Assembly: GCA_965248265.1 (NCBI GenBank)
Contig: CBDFJF010000001.1
Span: forward strand, 2,592,001 to 2,656,000
Reading direction: 5' to 3'
Length of the DNA: 64,000 nucleotides
Source of the DNA: Candidatus Latescibacterota bacterium
GTDB taxonomy: Bacteria > Latescibacterota > UBA2968 > UBA8231
Positions 19,801 through 28,274 of this stretch are shown one piece after another. Position 1 is the stretch's first letter, and each line of letters opens with the position of its first letter. Position numbers and translations under genes: made by a program. The notes beneath the pieces were generated by a model. That model was not told where the DNA came from. It did not search any database and saw only the letters and a list, made by a program, of their open reading frames with translations.

Positions 19801-20304
19801 TCAATTGACACAGATTCGAGGTTCTACGTTTTCGAGTAGAGCAGAGTATTGCTTGATTAGCGCCTCCTGCGTTGCAGTCTCGATGGAACCCGGCCTGCAA
19901 CGCCTTACTTCATCCACGGCTTGTTCGTAGCTGCAGCCTGCGTGTAGCAGATAGCAAGCCAGCATCGTGCCCGTTCTCCCCATACCCGCCATACAATGCA
20001 CGAGCGTGCCCTCCTTGCCCTCGCTCATGTCGTGAGCGAATGCTATGAACGTCTTCACGTCCTCGATGCTCGGCGCGGACATATCTTTCACGGGGAGGTG
20101 CAAGTATCGCAAGCCAAATCGATGCACGGTATCTTCGTTTAAAGGTAGCTCGCTGAGTGAGACGATAGCTCCAATCTTCTCTTGTGAGACAATCCCCAGG
20201 TTCACCTCCAATTCGTCTTGTGCGCCCCCCGGTGAGTAACCAAAACCTCCTGGGTGAGCGGATCCGGCGATCTCCCCCTTCACGACCCAACTGAAGTTTA
20301 TCAT
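19801..20304 (-). CDS. Dual-specificity protein phosphatase family protein
   Basis: NFSWV N-terminus, HLPVKDMSAP acid loop, P-loop VHCMAGMGRTG and RPGSIETATQ. Confidence 0.88.
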   Translation of the reverse strand: MINFSWVVKGEIAGSAHPGGFGYSPGGAQDELEVNLGIVSQEKIGAIVSLSELPLNEDTVHRFGLRYLHLPVKDMSAPSIEDVKTFIAFAHDMSEGKEGTLVHCMAGMGRTGTMLACYLLHAGCSYEQAVDEVRRCRPGSIETATQEALIKQYSALLENVEPRICVN

Positions 20305-20338
20305 CCTGACTGACTATCCTCGCTGCATCCGCGGCTGC

Positions 20339-20767
20339 TCATATCTCCTGAGTGGCAGTCGGCCCCTCTACCCAGTACGCTCCCTCAGGCGTTACCTCCT
20401 TCTTCCAGATGGGCACGGTTTCCTTGAGGCGGTCAATGGCGTAACGGCATGCGGCGAATCCGTCTCCACGATGCGGGCTGCCGATGGCGATCAGAACGCT
20501 GATCTCGCCAACCTCGAGGCGACCAATTCTATGGAGGATGGCGACATCTCCCAGTTCCCAGCGCTCTTGAATTTCTTCCCCTATCTGCGCCATCATCTTC
20601 TCCGCCATCGCAGGATATGCTTCGTAAACCAGATGATCCGTGCGTCGTTCACCGGAATGATCCCGCACGACACCGGAAAAAGTAACAACGGCGCCGTTGC
20701 TATCCTCGAGAACCTCCTGGTAGAGGGCGTCAGAGTCGATGCGCTGGTCGGTAACCTCGAATCTCAT
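20339..20767 (-). CDS. moaE: Molybdopterin synthase catalytic subunit MoaE
   Basis: GAVVTFSGVVRD, YEAYPAMA, HRIGRL, SPHR and VPIWKKE. Confidence 0.93.
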   Translation of the reverse strand: MRFEVTDQRIDSDALYQEVLEDSNGAVVTFSGVVRDHSGERRTDHLVYEAYPAMAEKMMAQIGEEIQERWELGDVAILHRIGRLEVGEISVLIAIGSPHRGDGFAACRYAIDRLKETVPIWKKEVTPEGAYWVEGPTATQEI

Positions 20768-21021
20768 TCAGCCGATCCTCCACCGCTTACAGGTGGAATA
20801 AGCGCAACCTCGTCCCTGCTGCTGAGGACCTCTTCGTCACTGGCGTACTCCATGTTAACGGCCGTAGACAAAGAAGGCGTGATTCCCGCCATCTCCGGAA
20901 AGGCGGCAACAATCTTCTGCTTCAACTCTCCCACGGTTGTGCCTTCCCGGACGGTTAAATCGATCTCACCAGAACCCACGAGGTCTCGACAGGAAGCGAA
21001 GAGTAATACCCTGATTTCCAT
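20764..21021 (-). CDS. moaD: Molybdopterin synthase sulfur carrier MoaD with C-terminal extension
   Basis: VLLFAS, AVNMEY and DEVALIPPVSGG followed by GSAE*. ATGA overlap with moaE. Confidence 0.9.
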   Translation of the reverse strand: MEIRVLLFASCRDLVGSGEIDLTVREGTTVGELKQKIVAAFPEMAGITPSLSTAVNMEYASDEEVLSSRDEVALIPPVSGGGSAE

Positions 21022-21074
21022 TCACTTTGCCGCCGTAACCCCTAAAACCCAAGGAACTGCCTGCCTTTCGCACG

Positions 21075-21103
21075 AATATAAGAGAATCAATTGGGGCGTG
21101 CAA
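21075..21103 (-). promoter_or_regulatory. Sigma70-type promoter for the moaD operon
   Basis: TTGCAC, 17 bp, TATATT. Confidence 0.6.
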
Positions 21104-21417
21104 CACGCCGTTTATCTCCCAACTGGCGTGAAAACAATGCCTTGGGATGATACGCCACGTGACATGGTGGGGAAGATCGGGTCTCACTGACCAGGACAGG
21201 GAGCCGCAGCCCGTCCGATTGACACCCCTCCTTGTAGAGGCGACTCATCGTCTCCCGATGTTCATGCTCAGCTTATTGCGACGGCGACCAACGCACTAGA
21301 GATCGACCTGACCACCGCCAGCATTGGAGCCAGGTCCAACCGTACCTCCCAATCTGAGGGGCGGAGAAACACGAGGTGCATCCGTGGTCTGTCATGCGTG
21401 GTCTAATAATATCTTGT

Positions 21418-21453
21418 AAAAAAAAAGCCGCTGGTTCGAAAAACCAGCGGCTT
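21418..21453 (-). terminator. Rho-independent terminator of the surface-protein operon
   Basis: Stem AAGCCGCTGGTT/AACCAGCGGCTT followed by a T9 tract on the minus strand. Confidence 0.9.
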
Positions 21454-21484
21454 CGTGCAGATTAGATGCGGTGCAGAATGCTAC

Positions 21485-23053
21485 TTACTGTAGCAACGTC
21501 ATCTTTTTCATCTCAACGAACTCACCAGCGCTAAGCCGGTAGAGGTAAACGCCGCTACCTACTTTGACACCAGAGGCGTTCATTCCATCCCACGCTGAGC
21601 TGTATTGACCAGCTTGCATTTGGTCGCCCGCTATCAACGTTCTGATAACCTGTCCGGCCAGATCATAGACAACCAGCGTGACATGACTGTCGGTTGCCAG
21701 GCCGAACTCGATCGTCGTTTCAGGATTGAACGGGTTCGGATAGTTCTGATTCAGAGCAAATGCAGTCGGGATGGGCGGCAGAATGCCATCCAGTGCCACA
21801 GATATGATCTGCGAACGGGTACTGCTCCCATCCAGGTCAACCTGGCGAAGATAGTAATGCACTTCTTCGGCCACAGGTAAATCCGTGTCGAAGAATTCGT
21901 ACTGCCTGAACTCGTCTGTTGTTCCGTCACCGGGAACAAGGCTCCCAATGCGAACGAACACCTTACCGTCCAGGCTGCGATGCACTTCCCAGCCAAGATT
22001 ACTTGTTTGCGACGGCACACTCCACGTGAGTACAACGTTGCCGTCCACCGTTATATCTCCAGCAAAGCCCGAAAGCTCTGCAGGTACGGGGACATCCCAG
22101 GTCACTGTAAAGGACACTGACAACTCTACGGTCTGGCCCTCAGAATCCAACCCGCTGGTAGAAGCCGTGATTGCTGCACTCGTGCTGCTCGCATCCTCAT
22201 CAGCAGTGGCAGCATCCAGGGTGAGAAAGGCCTGTCCAGTTTCGTCCGTCGTTGACTCGACGTCAGTGACTCCTCCCGAAGGGGCCTCGGTGGCACCACC
22301 ATTCAAGGCGTAGATGGTTTCTCCGCCGTTGTGGGTGATACGCCAGGAGATGGTTTGCCCGGACGCGTCACCACCTACTGGATCCACATACCGGACCGCA
22401 AGTGTCACCTCGCCCAAACTACCATCCAGTACCTCGGATTCTCCAAGACCCGAAAGCAGAAGAGAGACGTCACCCTCGCCGACCCGGAGCAATTCAGGTT
22501 CCGAGATCGGCGGATTCACGTCAATGACTGTCCCCACGGCGATCACATCTCGGTCGGTCGCACTGGGCCCCAATGAGACCTGCTCGACCGTAATACTCGC
22601 TGTAGTCTCTGTGGTTAGAGTTGTGGATGCCCTCAACAGCAGGCTAAAGGTCGCCGATCCTGAATGACCTACCGCTTCCGGATCGGGATCCAACAGAGCA
22701 AAACCAACCTTAATTCGATTCGTGTTTCCTTCTTCTACCAAGCCACCCAACGACCGCCAGTTACCTAAAGCAGAGGCGTCCGGCAACTCCGGTCCCAGCA
22801 CGGCGGCAACCGCCGTGAGGTCGAAGTCGTCTGCTGACGACACCACAAGGGTGACGTCTACCTGCTCAACATCTACCCAGTTTTCTGCCTGTATATCAAT
22901 CGTGATGATGTCACTTGCATCGACATCAGTCAACAAGGTAGGACTGGTTATCGTGAAGGTGGCGTTCTCGTTATCGCCGGCGAAAGCCCCGCAAACTAGG
23001 GCCATCGACAGGGCGAGCACGAGTGGCGTGACTTTCCTCACGCTTTTCTCCAT
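21485..23053 (-). CDS. Secreted acidic protein with FlgD-Ig/T9SS-like C-terminal domain
   Basis: Signal peptide (…LVCGAFA), D/E/T/S-rich Ig-like body, VPAELSGF motif, YYLRQVDLDG, and C-terminal ALNQNYPNPFNPET...SGVYLYRL...KKMTLLQ. Confidence 0.85.
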   Translation of the reverse strand: MEKSVRKVTPLVLALSMALVCGAFAGDNENATFTITSPTLLTDVDASDIITIDIQAENWVDVEQVDVTLVVSSADDFDLTAVAAVLGPELPDASALGNWRSLGGLVEEGNTNRIKVGFALLDPDPEAVGHSGSATFSLLLRASTTLTTETTASITVEQVSLGPSATDRDVIAVGTVIDVNPPISEPELLRVGEGDVSLLLSGLGESEVLDGSLGEVTLAVRYVDPVGGDASGQTISWRITHNGGETIYALNGGATEAPSGGVTDVESTTDETGQAFLTLDAATADEDASSTSAAITASTSGLDSEGQTVELSVSFTVTWDVPVPAELSGFAGDITVDGNVVLTWSVPSQTSNLGWEVHRSLDGKVFVRIGSLVPGDGTTDEFRQYEFFDTDLPVAEEVHYYLRQVDLDGSSTRSQIISVALDGILPPIPTAFALNQNYPNPFNPETTIEFGLATDSHVTLVVYDLAGQVIRTLIAGDQMQAGQYSSAWDGMNASGVKVGSGVYLYRLSAGEFVEMKKMTLLQ

Positions 23054-23089
23054 TTGTTAAACTCTCCTCTATCGATATACGCTACCCAT

Positions 23090-23145
23090 GATGTTGGAGG
23101 GATGGGATCACGCCAAAGCGCGAACCCACCACCCCTCTAACCATC
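23090..23145 (-). other. Long intergenic hairpin without U-tract (putative mRNA-stabilising or processing element)
   Basis: GATGGTTAGAGGG..TGGG.TCGCGC TTTG GCGTGA.CCCA.CCCTCCAACATC between the two surface-protein genes. Confidence 0.55.
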
Positions 23146-23160
23146 TTCCGGTACTCAGCC

Positions 23161-26100
23161 CTACTTCAACAGGAGCATCTTCTTGGTGCTCTGGAACTCC
23201 TGACCCGCCTGGACATGGTAGAAATACATGCCGGACGAGAGCGACTGGCCTTTGTCGTTGTTGGCGTCCCACTGCACGTTGTAGCGGCCCGCTCTCTGGT
23301 GTTCGTTTACCAGGGTGCGCACCACCTGTCCAAGCATGTTGTAAACCTCCAACGTGACAAGGCCTGCCTCAGGCAGCTGATACTTGATCGTGGTTGCCGG
23401 GTTGAACGGATTCGGATAGTTGTCGCTCAGAGCGTAAACCTCTGGACGAGTCTCTATCATGACTGAAACCGGACCCCGCAGATCGTTCACACCGTAAGCT
23501 CCATCACTCAGCTGACCGTCGGTGATCTCGATGTAGCTGCCCTCGGTCTCGATCTTGGCGCGGAACACCAAGCTCAAGCCCAGGTCACCGTCGACTGCGG
23601 TCTCGCCAAAGGCGATGATGGAACCCTTGCCGTCCTGACCAGCGATCGCCTGCGGCTGAGCCAATGAACCCTCACCCAACAGGTTGTCATTCTCAATCTT
23701 CGAACCGACGAATTCGAACACTGCCGGATCGTAACTCAGGTTGAAACCATAACCACGAAGCTCGACGTAATCTTCGAGGTCTACGGCGATGGTCATCTCT
23801 TCACCGACTCCAGGAAGGCTCTCGCCAGCGGCGAGAGTCAGGCTGGCATCACTGTTGAGACCGGCCAGCATTGGCACGACCCTGGAGGACGAGTTGACAC
23901 CGCGACCAAAGTAATCGGCGAAGACGAAGAAGTCGTCCAGGTCGATTCTGTTGTTCGGGTTCAAGTCGAAAGCAGGATCGAACGCGACGTCCGCGGCGGT
24001 CTGGCCGAAGAAGTCTGCGAAGATGAAGAAGTCATCGAATCCAACGCTGTTGTCCGCACCGAACAGACCCATGACGAGGCTGCCAGAAGCATCCTTGACA
24101 TTGTTGCGAATCGCCATTGACGTCCGCTCGAGTTCGGTGGGTGTTACGTTGTCTGTGTCAAACGGGCTGACGGTGTAGGTGTAGCGCAGTCCGTTAAACA
24201 CGGTGTTGTCATGGAAGCTGGTTTCGCCGGCGGATACGTAGCTAACGAATTCAAATTCATCAGCTCCGGCCTTGCGGTAGATATTGTAACCGGCGACGCC
24301 TGCGACCAACGTGTTGCCGTTGGCCCCCACGGCCTGGGCCGTGTTCTGAGGCAGCATCCGGTCATCGAGCGACTTCTGCCAGGTAACGCTGATGCTGCCA
24401 CCCGCGTCGGCCGGCGTGTCGACGGCCCTCAGCTGCTGAATCGCAGCGGGGGCGATGTTGTCGATCGCACGAATCGGCTCAGTCCGAACGAACCCGGAAC
24501 TCTGCAGACCGTTGTCACCAGCCTTAAAGCTCGGCGCCACGCCGTCAAACATGGCAATGGCATCCGGGGTTAAGATGGCGAAGATCGGTGCGGCCGGCTC
24601 AGTGGAACTGACTGCCTGCTTGCTCTGCATCATGGTCTCAGCCATCAACTCGTAGTACGAGTCGACGCCCTCGACCGACGCGAACGCTTGCTTGGCAGCG
24701 GTGGCATCGACGCCACCACTGGCGTTGCGGGCAGTCTCCTGAGTGACAGCGTAAGCGGTTGCCGTATTGTCCGGCGTGTAGACGATGACCTTGACGTCAC
24801 CACCGCCAGCCGGTGGATCGAAGGTGGCGTAAGAAACGGTGCCCACAGGCTCCGCTACCTCGCGCCAGATGCGAACCACTTCCGCCTCTGGTGCAACGCC
24901 GGTGATGTTGAGGTAGATGAAGTTACCCTGGTCGTCCGGCACGTCGGCGCCGCCCACCGAGGAAACAGCTGGGACAGCGTCGAGGGTGTGGGTGAGTGAA
25001 CCTTCCACACCACTACCCAAACCACGCGCCCATATGGTCTGCGCGCCCACGTTATCCGTGGAGGCCCAGAAGCCGCCCGTACCTGCGGAGATCTTGATCG
25101 CCGTCACCGGAACAGTAGCGCCGGCAACGTTGGTACTGATCTCGACAAAGTCCGCGTCCGCCGTGCGTCTGTTCATGAACTGATCATCCAGGTCGACGTT
25201 GACCCAGAAATTGGCGCCAGCGGTGGCGTTCACGGAGGGATTGTTGGTGGCGAGCGAGATGGCGCTGATAGCGTCAACGGTGCTTGCAACCGCAGTCGAG
25301 GTTCCGGTCGACCCGTTTCCGTCATTGGCCGCCGGCGCTACCCTGGACAGGGTGGCGTCGAAGACGATGCTACCCGCACTCTGGTTGGTGACGGTTACAG
25401 CCAATGCTCCGTTCGTGAACTCCGCCACGTCCAGGGTAGCAGTGGCGTTGTCATCGTTGTCGGTGACACCGTTCGCTCCCGAGAACACCAGGGTGCACTC
25501 GCTGCCAAGTGCACAGGCACCGGTGTCTGGCGTGAAGGTTGCGTTCAGACTCACTATGTCGCCAACTGCGGCGTTTGGAGCGATTCCGAAGACCGCCAAA
25601 TCGTTAGCGTCCTGGACTTCAACGGTGACGGTGTATGCGGTCCCTACTACATTAGTAGCCGCCGATGGGGTAAGCGCTATCTGGGTCGGCGTCTCTGCAC
25701 TGGCAGCTGGATCGAATTTAGACAGGTCACCCGTGGCCTGGGCACCCGCGTTGCCGGCCAGGTCGACTCCCGTCCAGGCCCAGGAACAGATTGAGTCTAG
25801 AATCGGGATCACGTCGCCGTCATTTGCGCCTCCTACTATTTGAGCCGGCACGACCTGGATATCAGTGGATACCTCCGTCCAAGCGAAGGCCGTGGGGCTC
25901 GCCGCATTGGCACTGAATGTATCGCAAGTCAGGTCGAGGGTGGACGCTGAAAGATCCTCACTATTCCGGCCTCGAAAGGTCATCTGTCCGGGGTCGGTTA
26001 CAGGATCGTCAGTGTTCGCCGTGGGCGAGAAGTTGAGCAGTGTAGGCGGCGTGATGTCAAGGGTGAGACCGCTGATGGTCAACGGAAGCAAAGGATTGTC

Positions 26101-27609
26101 TGCCGCGTCAGTGCCACCGAAGGTGACACTGGCTGACCCGTCCGCGATGGCTCCGGTGACAAAACCCCCGCTTGAAGCTGCTGGGAGCCCGGCGTTGATA
26201 CCGGTGAGGTCAACGGTACGAGTGTTCCCCTCACCCAGAGCGGCATCTATATGAGCCCGGGTCGGATTGGTGTAGTAGATTTGGGTATTCCCACCTGCCG
26301 TTAAATCCACAGTGAGGTTGAGAAGAGTCGGCGGTGTGGCGGCCGGCTTCATCTGCAAACCGTTGAGATCACCGACAGCTCCACGGGAAACCAAGTCTCC
26401 AGTCGCCAAGCCATCGAAATCAGCAGCTACCAACTGGTATGACTTGTTGGCTATAGCGACGTTCACGATGGCGCTCAGAGGCGTCGCGACCAGGTCTTTC
26501 TGTGCGGACGCGGTGGGATCGGCGACGTTGTAACTACTTACGTTTCCCGCGTCGTCTTTGGCGTAAAACGTCGCGGTGCCACCGATGGTTTGAGCTTTGG
26601 CGAGGACTTGCCCAGCAGCGACATCTTCGACGATCGTATGGCTGATCAGGAAGACGTTTCCGGGTGCTGCGGGGCGGTTGGCCGAGGGCGTGGTGTCAAC
26701 ATCAAACACCAGAATCTCACCAATGGTTGGAAAGTTGGCGTACAAATTGACGTCCCCGTCGGAAAGAATCGGGGCCAGCGCCGGAACGGTCGTGGTAATG
26801 TTTCCGGTCACGCCATCACCGATACCAGCAACAGAGAAACTGCCGGCGGTGAAGTTGATGACCTGAACTGAATTAGTGAAGTCGGCGGCTTCGAATTGGT
26901 CAGCGCCACCACTGGCAGCCAGGTTTACGGTACCGACGGTGCGGTTGATCGCAGTCGGGCCCAGCGGACGTAAGGCGTCGAGTTCGAACGTCCCCGTGCT
27001 CTGTGCCGCGGGGCCGGAGAGTTCGGTAGTGGTGTAGAATACTCCGTTCGCCTTGACGCCACTCACCTCGGCGAACCAGTCGGCTTGAGCTACTACCTCA
27101 ATCAAAAAGTCGAAGCGTCCCGGAGAACCAGGTTCGGACTTAGTTACTGATTTAATATCAAGACCAAGCAAAGTTCCGTCATTTTGACCGCAACCGACGA
27201 CAATGTCACGCGTCATGTTCGCTTGGAAATCAGCGGCCGCAGGCTCCCCAGTCAGGCCTGCGATGTTAGCAGTAGTGCCTTCTGAGAAGCTGGTGAAGGT
27301 GGTCACATCCTGGCCCGTCTGGTTGGCCCAGAACTCGGCCGCGGTGGCGAAAGTACCTAAGGGGTTCAAGCCTTCGGCCGTCACGAACGCCGTGGACGTA
27401 GTTCCGAACGAGACGCACCCCGTATCGGTGGCAAGGGGGGCGAAGCTCAACCCTTGCACGGTGGCGTTAACGGAAGCGCCGATATTCGCAGTCGCGGGTG
27501 TGGAAGCGTCCAACACCGAATCGACTATTGGAACTGCTCCTACTCCGGAACTCAAGGGGAGCCCGGTTAGAAGCGCAGCTAAAAGGATCAGCTTTTTGCT
27601 TTGACGCAT
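23161..27609 (-). CDS. Large secreted S-layer-like protein (~1480 aa) with FN3-like, dockerin/EF-hand-like, cohesin-like and FlgD-Ig C-terminal domains
   Basis: Start ATG 27609 (GGAGG SD) gives a signal peptide MRQSKKLILLAALL..; the body is A/T/G/D-rich. Twin DNSVGFDDFFIFADFFG / NNRIDLDDFFVFADYFG repeats, GYGFNLSYDPAVFEF and C-terminal NYPNPFNP...SGMYFY...KKMLLLK. The S-layer role is inferred. Confidence 0.8.
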   Translation of the reverse strand: MRQSKKLILLAALLTGLPLSSGVGAVPIVDSVLDASTPATANIGASVNATVQGLSFAPLATDTGCVSFGTTSTAFVTAEGLNPLGTFATAAEFWANQTGQDVTTFTSFSEGTTANIAGLTGEPAAADFQANMTRDIVVGCGQNDGTLLGLDIKSVTKSEPGSPGRFDFLIEVVAQADWFAEVSGVKANGVFYTTTELSGPAAQSTGTFELDALRPLGPTAINRTVGTVNLAASGGADQFEAADFTNSVQVINFTAGSFSVAGIGDGVTGNITTTVPALAPILSDGDVNLYANFPTIGEILVFDVDTTPSANRPAAPGNVFLISHTIVEDVAAGQVLAKAQTIGGTATFYAKDDAGNVSSYNVADPTASAQKDLVATPLSAIVNVAIANKSYQLVAADFDGLATGDLVSRGAVGDLNGLQMKPAATPPTLLNLTVDLTAGGNTQIYYTNPTRAHIDAALGEGNTRTVDLTGINAGLPAASSGGFVTGAIADGSASVTFGGTDAADNPLLPLTISGLTLDITPPTLLNFSPTANTDDPVTDPGQMTFRGRNSEDLSASTLDLTCDTFSANAASPTAFAWTEVSTDIQVVPAQIVGGANDGDVIPILDSICSWAWTGVDLAGNAGAQATGDLSKFDPAASAETPTQIALTPSAATNVVGTAYTVTVEVQDANDLAVFGIAPNAAVGDIVSLNATFTPDTGACALGSECTLVFSGANGVTDNDDNATATLDVAEFTNGALAVTVTNQSAGSIVFDATLSRVAPAANDGNGSTGTSTAVASTVDAISAISLATNNPSVNATAGANFWVNVDLDDQFMNRRTADADFVEISTNVAGATVPVTAIKISAGTGGFWASTDNVGAQTIWARGLGSGVEGSLTHTLDAVPAVSSVGGADVPDDQGNFIYLNITGVAPEAEVVRIWREVAEPVGTVSYATFDPPAGGGDVKVIVYTPDNTATAYAVTQETARNASGGVDATAAKQAFASVEGVDSYYELMAETMMQSKQAVSSTEPAAPIFAILTPDAIAMFDGVAPSFKAGDNGLQSSGFVRTEPIRAIDNIAPAAIQQLRAVDTPADAGGSISVTWQKSLDDRMLPQNTAQAVGANGNTLVAGVAGYNIYRKAGADEFEFVSYVSAGETSFHDNTVFNGLRYTYTVSPFDTDNVTPTELERTSMAIRNNVKDASGSLVMGLFGADNSVGFDDFFIFADFFGQTAADVAFDPAFDLNPNNRIDLDDFFVFADYFGRGVNSSSRVVPMLAGLNSDASLTLAAGESLPGVGEEMTIAVDLEDYVELRGYGFNLSYDPAVFEFVGSKIENDNLLGEGSLAQPQAIAGQDGKGSIIAFGETAVDGDLGLSLVFRAKIETEGSYIEITDGQLSDGAYGVNDLRGPVSVMIETRPEVYALSDNYPNPFNPATTIKYQLPEAGLVTLEVYNMLGQVVRTLVNEHQRAGRYNVQWDANNDKGQSLSSGMYFYHVQAGQEFQSTKKMLLLK

Positions 27610-27940
27610 TTCTTCCTCCTCAGGGATTTCTGTCCCTGCACTGTGTTGAAAACAAAAACTCACTCGTTTTTAGTTTAGTCACTTACTGCAAGTATACCCA
27701 ACTATGGGCAGTAGTGCATATTTCGTGTTGGCGCGGTGCTTTCCTTGGACGCTTCGACCTCGATCTGGTATGAGTAATGAACCCAGCGTCACGCCTCCTT
27801 TCTCTTCGTTGAAGATGACTCAGTCGAACAGGTTCTTGTCAAAAGTCACCGCAGTTTTGACTCCCATTTGAAACCAGCAATACCTATCAAACATCGCAGT
27901 GGCACCCGTAAAGGCACACTGCCCCCAAAAGAGGAGCCTT

Positions 27941-27969
27941 ATGATAGGACAAAAGAATATGGGTGTCAA
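27941..27969 (-). promoter_or_regulatory. Strong sigma70-type promoter of the large surface-protein gene
   Basis: TTGACA (27969-27964), 17 bp, TATCAT (27946-27941). Implies a ~325-nt 5' leader. Confidence 0.75.
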
Positions 27970-28274
27970 GCACTTTTTTCCCCGTGAAATAGAGGTCCAA
28001 GTTCAGGAGAATCTGAACTTAGACCATGTTTGCATAGCGGCCAAAGGCCTTTGTTCAAGAATAACTTATGGGCCACCGGCGGAAACCGTTGTGACTGCAG
28101 TCACAACAGTGCAGAATTTGTTACCAAAGCCCAACCGACGGGGGGCTCGTCTGCGATTCATAATTGCTAACATGCTGGGGCACAACGCAGTGCCGCGGTT
28201 GATCGGGGTTCTGACCGATTCTGATCTGTCCGAGCACTGAAGCGACCGTTTGACCGCCGCTCGGGAAAGGTTCT

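Noticed and set aside
21022-21075. Moco riboswitch upstream of moaD
   Set aside because: The predicted promoter leaves only a ~45-nt leader, too short for the aptamer.
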